Of a DNA stretch of 64,000 bases, positions 59,708-64,000 are shown in pieces. The first letter of the stretch is position 1, and each line of letters begins with the position of its first letter. Position numbers and translations under genes: made by a program. The notes beneath the pieces were generated by a model. That model saw nothing but the letters and a program-made list of their open reading frames with translations, was not told the origin of the DNA and did not search any database. The stretch is from a virus (Duplodnaviria; Caudoviricetes), in the IMG/VR virus record IMGVR_UViG_3300028048_000064, positions 1 to 64,000 of that record. One strand, written 5' to 3'.

Positions 59708-60877
59708 ATGGCACAACCAATTAAAAAAGGAGCAGGAATAAAGGCTGCTAAATTTGATATTAATGAATTTAAAAGTAAAAAATTAAAAATTGCACCAGTA
59801 GCCGAAAAGCCGATGGAATGGTTTATACTGCCAAAAGGATTTCAAGATGCAATAGGCCTTCCTGGTATACCAATGGGATATTTTTGTGGGTGCTATGGAT
59901 GGAACTCAACAGGTAAGAGCACCATAAAGAACTGTTTGATAGCAGCAGCCCAAAAACAAGGCGTTTTACCGGTGATTTTTGAAACAGAAAGCAATTTTGA
60001 CTTCAAATACGCAATAAATTGTGGAATGCAAGCTGAACCTGTCTATGGTGAAGTCGAGCACATTGATGAAGAAACTGGTGAAGTAACTACATCAGAAGAA
60101 ATCGTTGACTATCAGGGTAATTTTATTCTTTTCACAAATGAAGCAATGTGCGAATATTGTGGCGATTTGGATTATAGCACAATGACAAGAAAGGCAACAA
60201 AGAGAAAAGTTGCAGTAATCGAAGATATTGCATACATCATAAATGATTTGATAGATAAACAAGAAAGTGGTGAGTTGCCTGTTAGCTTACTATTTGTATG
60301 GGATAGTGTAGGCTCGATAACATCTTGGAAATCATTTACTTCCAAAGCCGGCAATAATATGTTTGATGCCTCAAGTATTGCAACTGCATTCAATACGATT
60401 GTCAATACGAGAATACCTTCATCACGAAGTAAGAAATCAGAATATACTAATTCATTCTTTATTGTCAACAAGATTTGGGACTCGTCAATGGCAACTATGG
60501 GTAAGCCATCTGTGAAACTCAAAGGAGGCAACTCATTCGAATATTCCTTGCGTCTTCTTGTGGCTTGTGGAAAAATCGTGACATCCGGTGTAAAGAAATT
60601 GGAAGCAACAGTAAAGGGGGAAAAGTATGAATATGGTAGTGTTGCACCCATTTCAATAAAGAAAAATCATCTGCCAAGTCCATTTAATATAACGAGGGAA
60701 GGAAGCTTATATTGTGTTAATAGTGGTATAATTTCAGAGGATGAAATAGACTCTTATAAAAAGAAAATACTTCCTGATATTATCAAGCAATTAAAGAGTG
60801 AGGATAAAACAGGTAAGATGACAGATATTAGTGAAACAGACGTTGTATTCACAGAAAGCGAAGAGGAAACATTGTAA
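59708..60877 (+). CDS. uvsX: RecA/UvsX-like recombinase
   Basis: GIPMG, Walker A GWNSTGKS, FVWDSVG, KGG, KNH. Confidence 0.85.
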   Translation: MAQPIKKGAGIKAAKFDINEFKSKKLKIAPVAEKPMEWFILPKGFQDAIGLPGIPMGYFCGCYGWNSTGKSTIKNCLIAAAQKQGVLPVIFETESNFDFKYAINCGMQAEPVYGEVEHIDEETGEVTTSEEIVDYQGNFILFTNEAMCEYCGDLDYSTMTRKATKRKVAVIEDIAYIINDLIDKQESGELPVSLLFVWDSVGSITSWKSFTSKAGNNMFDASSIATAFNTIVNTRIPSSRSKKSEYTNSFFIVNKIWDSSMATMGKPSVKLKGGNSFEYSLRLLVACGKIVTSGVKKLEATVKGEKYEYGSVAPISIKKNHLPSPFNITREGSLYCVNSGIISEDEIDSYKKKILPDIIKQLKSEDKTGKMTDISETDVVFTESEEETL

Positions 60878-60932
60878 TATCAAGAAGAATAACAATAGAA
60901 TAAGTTATAGAACGTCATAAACAGAAAAACCA

Positions 60933-60966
60933 TAATACAGACTGCAAATAATTGTAGTCTGTATTA
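60933..60966 (+). terminator. Hairpin after recA/uvsX
   Basis: taatacagactgcaa-N4-ttgtagtctgtatta. Confidence 0.7.
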
Positions 60967-61109
60967 GTTGGTAATAACCATTCTAAAATTAAGATAATAT
61001 GTAAATTGCACGGCTCATTTATCCATATGACATCTATTTTACAGATACTGATGATTTGATAGAATATATTAATAAAGAAACATTAAAAATAGAATTTAAT
61101 GACGATTAA
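60967..61109 (+). pseudogene. Remnant of a Zn-finger homing endonuclease
   Basis: VGNNHSKIKIICKLHGSF (60967-61020) matches the repeat unit of the intact endonucleases; a second frame reads YPYDIYFTDTDDLIEYINK; no start codon. Confidence 0.6.
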
Positions 61110-62019
61110 TGAACAGTTAGGAAAGGACTTTTCAACTCACTTATTTATTGAGTTTTTCTTTCAGAAGAGTAAGCGTGGTTTTCTGTTAGAGCAGTCAGGC
61201 AGTTATGAACATCGTAGGATGCTTATAGAGCAATACGGCGTTTTTAACGGTTGTTATGAGATTGCCAAGAAAATTTCTAATGAACTACCGCAGTTATATA
61301 AGGAAAATAAGATTTTTATTCCAATTGAAAGTGAATTAATTTGGAAAGTTGAGATTATTTCAGATAAAGGTGTGGAGATAATGTCTTATGACCCGGATGA
61401 AACTATATTAAACAATGTTTTTAACATTATTAAACTTGTTATAAGGGTAAATCCATCTTATATTGGCGCAAAAGATATAATTCCGTTGTTTATGCATGAA
61501 TTGACACACGCTTATCAAGATGTGCAGATGTATAAAAGTGGAAAAAGTTACATAGATGCACTTGATAGCGAGAAATATTTTGATAATCAGACTGGTAGTT
61601 ATGCCAATGAAAGTGAAATTAAGGATAAAATATCATATTTTCTATATTTTTCCAATCAATTTGAGCGTGGTGCATACATGGCTGAACTAAGTGGCATGTT
61701 AATGACCAATAAGCACAAGTTTTCAAGTATTTCAGAAGTTATTGAGTTCATTAAGGGTACTGAAGTGTATAATTTCTATATTGATAGTGTTGCAGATGCA
61801 GTTTCAATAATGAAATTAAAGGATAATTCAGAAAGAAAATTAGCAATTGGTTATTTCAATGAACTTGGTGGAAGAAAATTCAATAGTTTTAGTGAGTTAT
61901 ATACGTGGTTGAGGCATCGCTGTAGCAGTATAAAGAAGAAATTTGAGAAAACAATTCCTAATATTATATATAATAATGTAGAAATGAATGCATTTTTAAG
62001 GCAAAATGTTTTGAAATAA
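61099..62019 (+). CDS. Putative zinc metallopeptidase (HExxH)
   Basis: FMHELTHAYQ with downstream ERGAY. Confidence 0.6.
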   Translation: MTINEQLGKDFSTHLFIEFFFQKSKRGFLLEQSGSYEHRRMLIEQYGVFNGCYEIAKKISNELPQLYKENKIFIPIESELIWKVEIISDKGVEIMSYDPDETILNNVFNIIKLVIRVNPSYIGAKDIIPLFMHELTHAYQDVQMYKSGKSYIDALDSEKYFDNQTGSYANESEIKDKISYFLYFSNQFERGAYMAELSGMLMTNKHKFSSISEVIEFIKGTEVYNFYIDSVADAVSIMKLKDNSERKLAIGYFNELGGRKFNSFSELYTWLRHRCSSIKKKFEKTIPNIIYNNVEMNAFLRQNVLK

Positions 62020-62040
62020 ATCTAAAAAGTAGTATATTTG
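62010..62040 (+). promoter_or_regulatory. Bacteroidetes-type promoter
   Basis: TTTG-N19-TAtaTTTG. Confidence 0.75.
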
Positions 62041-62092
62041 CAACTGAAAATAATATTAATAATAATATAAGTTTAATTAAAAGAATAGAAAC

Positions 62093-62377
62093 ATGAAAGT
62101 AGTATTGAAAAAAGAGGCAGAATTTGAGTTCTGTGAGGAAAAGTACACAGCCATTCCAAGTGTTGTGCTTAGTACGTTAGTTGGTAAGCCTGAAGAGTCA
62201 ACAGGTCCTGCTGACCCTGAGTTGCCACGTGTTATTGTATTTGAGAATAAATCCGATTATATTGCCAATGCCGGTAAATATAATATTGACTACGATAGGA
62301 ACGTTTTTGTATCCCAAAAGGGGCAATTTTTCTGTTATGAATTAAACAATGCCGCAACCAATACCAAAGAAGATTAA
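62093..62377 (+). CDS. Hypothetical protein
   Basis: 94-aa ORF after the promoter; overlaps the next gene by 29 nt. Confidence 0.65.
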   Translation: MKVVLKKEAEFEFCEEKYTAIPSVVLSTLVGKPEESTGPADPELPRVIVFENKSDYIANAGKYNIDYDRNVFVSQKGQFFCYELNNAATNTKED

Positions 62378-63512
62378 GGAGAAAAACCCGGAATTAGGTG
62401 TGAAGACATTTAACACCTTGCTTGTGGATGGTTCTAATGTGTTAGAGCTGTCCTCGCTTGGCGATAAAACAATGTCAAGTAAAGGAAAACGTATCGGAGG
62501 TATACAACAAATGCTTTTACAGATAAAACTCCTAATGAAAAAGGCCAATTTTAGATATGTTTATGTCTTCTGGGACCCGAATGAAGAGGGTGGATATTAT
62601 CGTTATCTATTAAACAATGAATATAAAGCCAATCGTGACAAGAATTTCACTGTTGATGAAGGCCTTTCTGACTATATGAAGGAGTATAATGCCAAGCTTA
62701 GAAGCATGCAGAACTACTTCTTTAATAAGAAAAGGAAAGAAAAGACAGATGAACAGAAGAAAGACAAAGAGATTTTCTATGAGCAACGTGAGGTTTTAAT
62801 GAATTGTTTTGAAGAATTGTTTGTCAGACAGTGTTTATGCGAAAAAGTAGAGGCTGATGACCTTATAGCCTATTATGTAAACCATAAAGTACCTAATGAG
62901 CGTATTGTCATTATGTCAAATGACAGGGATTTAACCCAATTAATCAGTGATGATGTCATTGTTTATATACAGCAGAAGAAGAAATTCATTAATAAGAAGA
63001 ACCATACAGAGGAAATGGGTTATTATTATGAGAATGTCTTGTTGAAAAAGATGATTTGCGGTGATTCTTCTGATAATATTAAAGGTGTAAAGGGTGTTGG
63101 TGAGACAACATTGCTTAAAAACTTCCCTGAATTGAAGAAAAGAAAAGTTACACTCGACGAAATTGTGGATGGGGCAAGAAAAATCAACCAAGAAAGGGAA
63201 AAAAACGGTAAAAAACCTTTACTTTGGGCAAAAAACATAGTTGAAGGAGTAACAGATGGGGCACAAGGTAACAGATTATATGAAATAAATGAAAAAATCA
63301 TTGATTTGAAGCATCCTTTGATGAGTGATGAAGCAAAGGAACTAATGGATAGTCTAATGTATGCCCCACTTGACCCTGAAGGTCGAAGTTATGACAATTT
63401 ATATAAAATTTTGAGTGATGCTGGGGTTGAAGAACTGACAAATCCATCAACTTTTAGTAATTTTTTCATAGAATATACATATTTGATTGAAAAAGAGAAG
63501 AAAAAAACTTAA
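62349..63512 (+). CDS. 5'-3' exonuclease/flap endonuclease (T4 RNase H-like)
   Basis: LLVDG, YKANR, EADDLIA, SNDRDLTQL, GDSSDNIKGVKGVG. Confidence 0.92.
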   Translation: MPQPIPKKIKEKNPELGVKTFNTLLVDGSNVLELSSLGDKTMSSKGKRIGGIQQMLLQIKLLMKKANFRYVYVFWDPNEEGGYYRYLLNNEYKANRDKNFTVDEGLSDYMKEYNAKLRSMQNYFFNKKRKEKTDEQKKDKEIFYEQREVLMNCFEELFVRQCLCEKVEADDLIAYYVNHKVPNERIVIMSNDRDLTQLISDDVIVYIQQKKKFINKKNHTEEMGYYYENVLLKKMICGDSSDNIKGVKGVGETTLLKNFPELKKRKVTLDEIVDGARKINQEREKNGKKPLLWAKNIVEGVTDGAQGNRLYEINEKIIDLKHPLMSDEAKELMDSLMYAPLDPEGRSYDNLYKILSDAGVEELTNPSTFSNFFIEYTYLIEKEKKKT

Positions 63513-63518
63513 ATTTAT

Positions 63519-63549
63519 TTTGAAGTGTGGAAAAAACGTAGTATATTTG
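63519..63549 (+). promoter_or_regulatory. Bacteroidetes-type promoter
   Basis: TTTG-N19-TAtaTTTG. Confidence 0.75.
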
Positions 63550-63604
63550 CAATCGAAAATTAGAGATAGTATATATAGTTTAACAATTAAAATTTTTAAC
63601 AAAC

Positions 63605-64000
63605 ATGTTAGAAAACAACATTAAGAAAGAGGCAAAGGTCGTTGATAATGAAGCCTATAAGGAGAGATTTCAGTTCCTTTTGTGGGTAAACGACAACATT
63701 ATTTGCCAACGTTATTTTAAAATAAACGGTTTTAACAATGATTCTCTACGTTCTCTTGAGTTTAAGGAGACGATGGACAACGTAACGAAGATGATTAAGG
63801 ATGACTTGCTTTCCAAGAGTCGTATTTTTATGTGGTACACCAGGGAAGAACCAATTAAGATGAGTGGTTTCCTAAGTAATTATGACGGTCTTGAGCAGTC
63901 TGACATTCTTGCACTTACTTCTGCTAATTATGAGGGCAATATTCAACTTTCGAATGGTCAAGTAATTAACAAGAACTATTTCAGTTACCCTGAAGGTATT
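63605..64000 (+). CDS. Hypothetical protein, runs off window end
   Basis: MLENNIKKEAK...FLLWVNDNIICQRYF, open to 64000. Confidence 0.8.
   Translation, partial: MLENNIKKEAKVVDNEAYKERFQFLLWVNDNIICQRYFKINGFNNDSLRSLEFKETMDNVTKMIKDDLLSKSRIFMWYTREEPIKMSGFLSNYDGLEQSDILALTSANYEGNIQLSNGQVINKNYFSYPEGI

Noticed and set aside
1-64000. Alternative genetic code (TAG or TGA reassigned, as in some gut jumbo phages)
   Set aside because: Long genes are intact in code 11, and TAG/TGA end genes at sensible positions (20527, 22466, 34876, 41207, 49360).
1-64000. tRNA or rRNA genes
   Set aside because: No cloverleaf or rRNA-like segments were seen; intergenic gaps are short and AT-rich. No covariance-model scan was run.

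Overview
This window is 64 kb of an AT-rich, T4-like jumbo myophage genome in the standard genetic code. The host is very likely Bacteroidetes: about ten TTTG-N19/20-TAnnTTTG promoters are present and translation starts are A-rich without obvious SD sequences. Virion genes are interleaved with replication genes. The virion set comprises long fibre proteins, neck, tail terminator, sheath, an inverted tail tube gene, tape measure, and baseplate proteins with OmpA-like, M15 and lysozyme domains. The replication set comprises PolB, SNF2 helicase, DEDDh exonuclease, SSB, thymidine kinase, RecA/UvsX and a 5'-3' exonuclease. Four zinc-finger homing-endonuclease-like genes and one remnant are also present. 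The standout is a doubly fractured DNA polymerase B. A Ser1/Thr+1 split intein sits in catalytic motif C (IVGD|TDG), and a free-standing endonuclease lies between the intein halves. The unannotated 39-codon IntC ORF has its own promoter and stops three residues after the intein. The rest of PolB resumes 8 nt later in another frame (GGC TGA AA GGT), a layout that fits a Gly-to-Gly ribosomal stop-hop restoring DTDGFNF. Also notable are a shared I-x-L-T-E-S-Q leader on unrelated enzymes (candidate capsid-targeting tag) and a TATTTAT late-promoter candidate. All product calls come from motifs read by eye; no searches were run.
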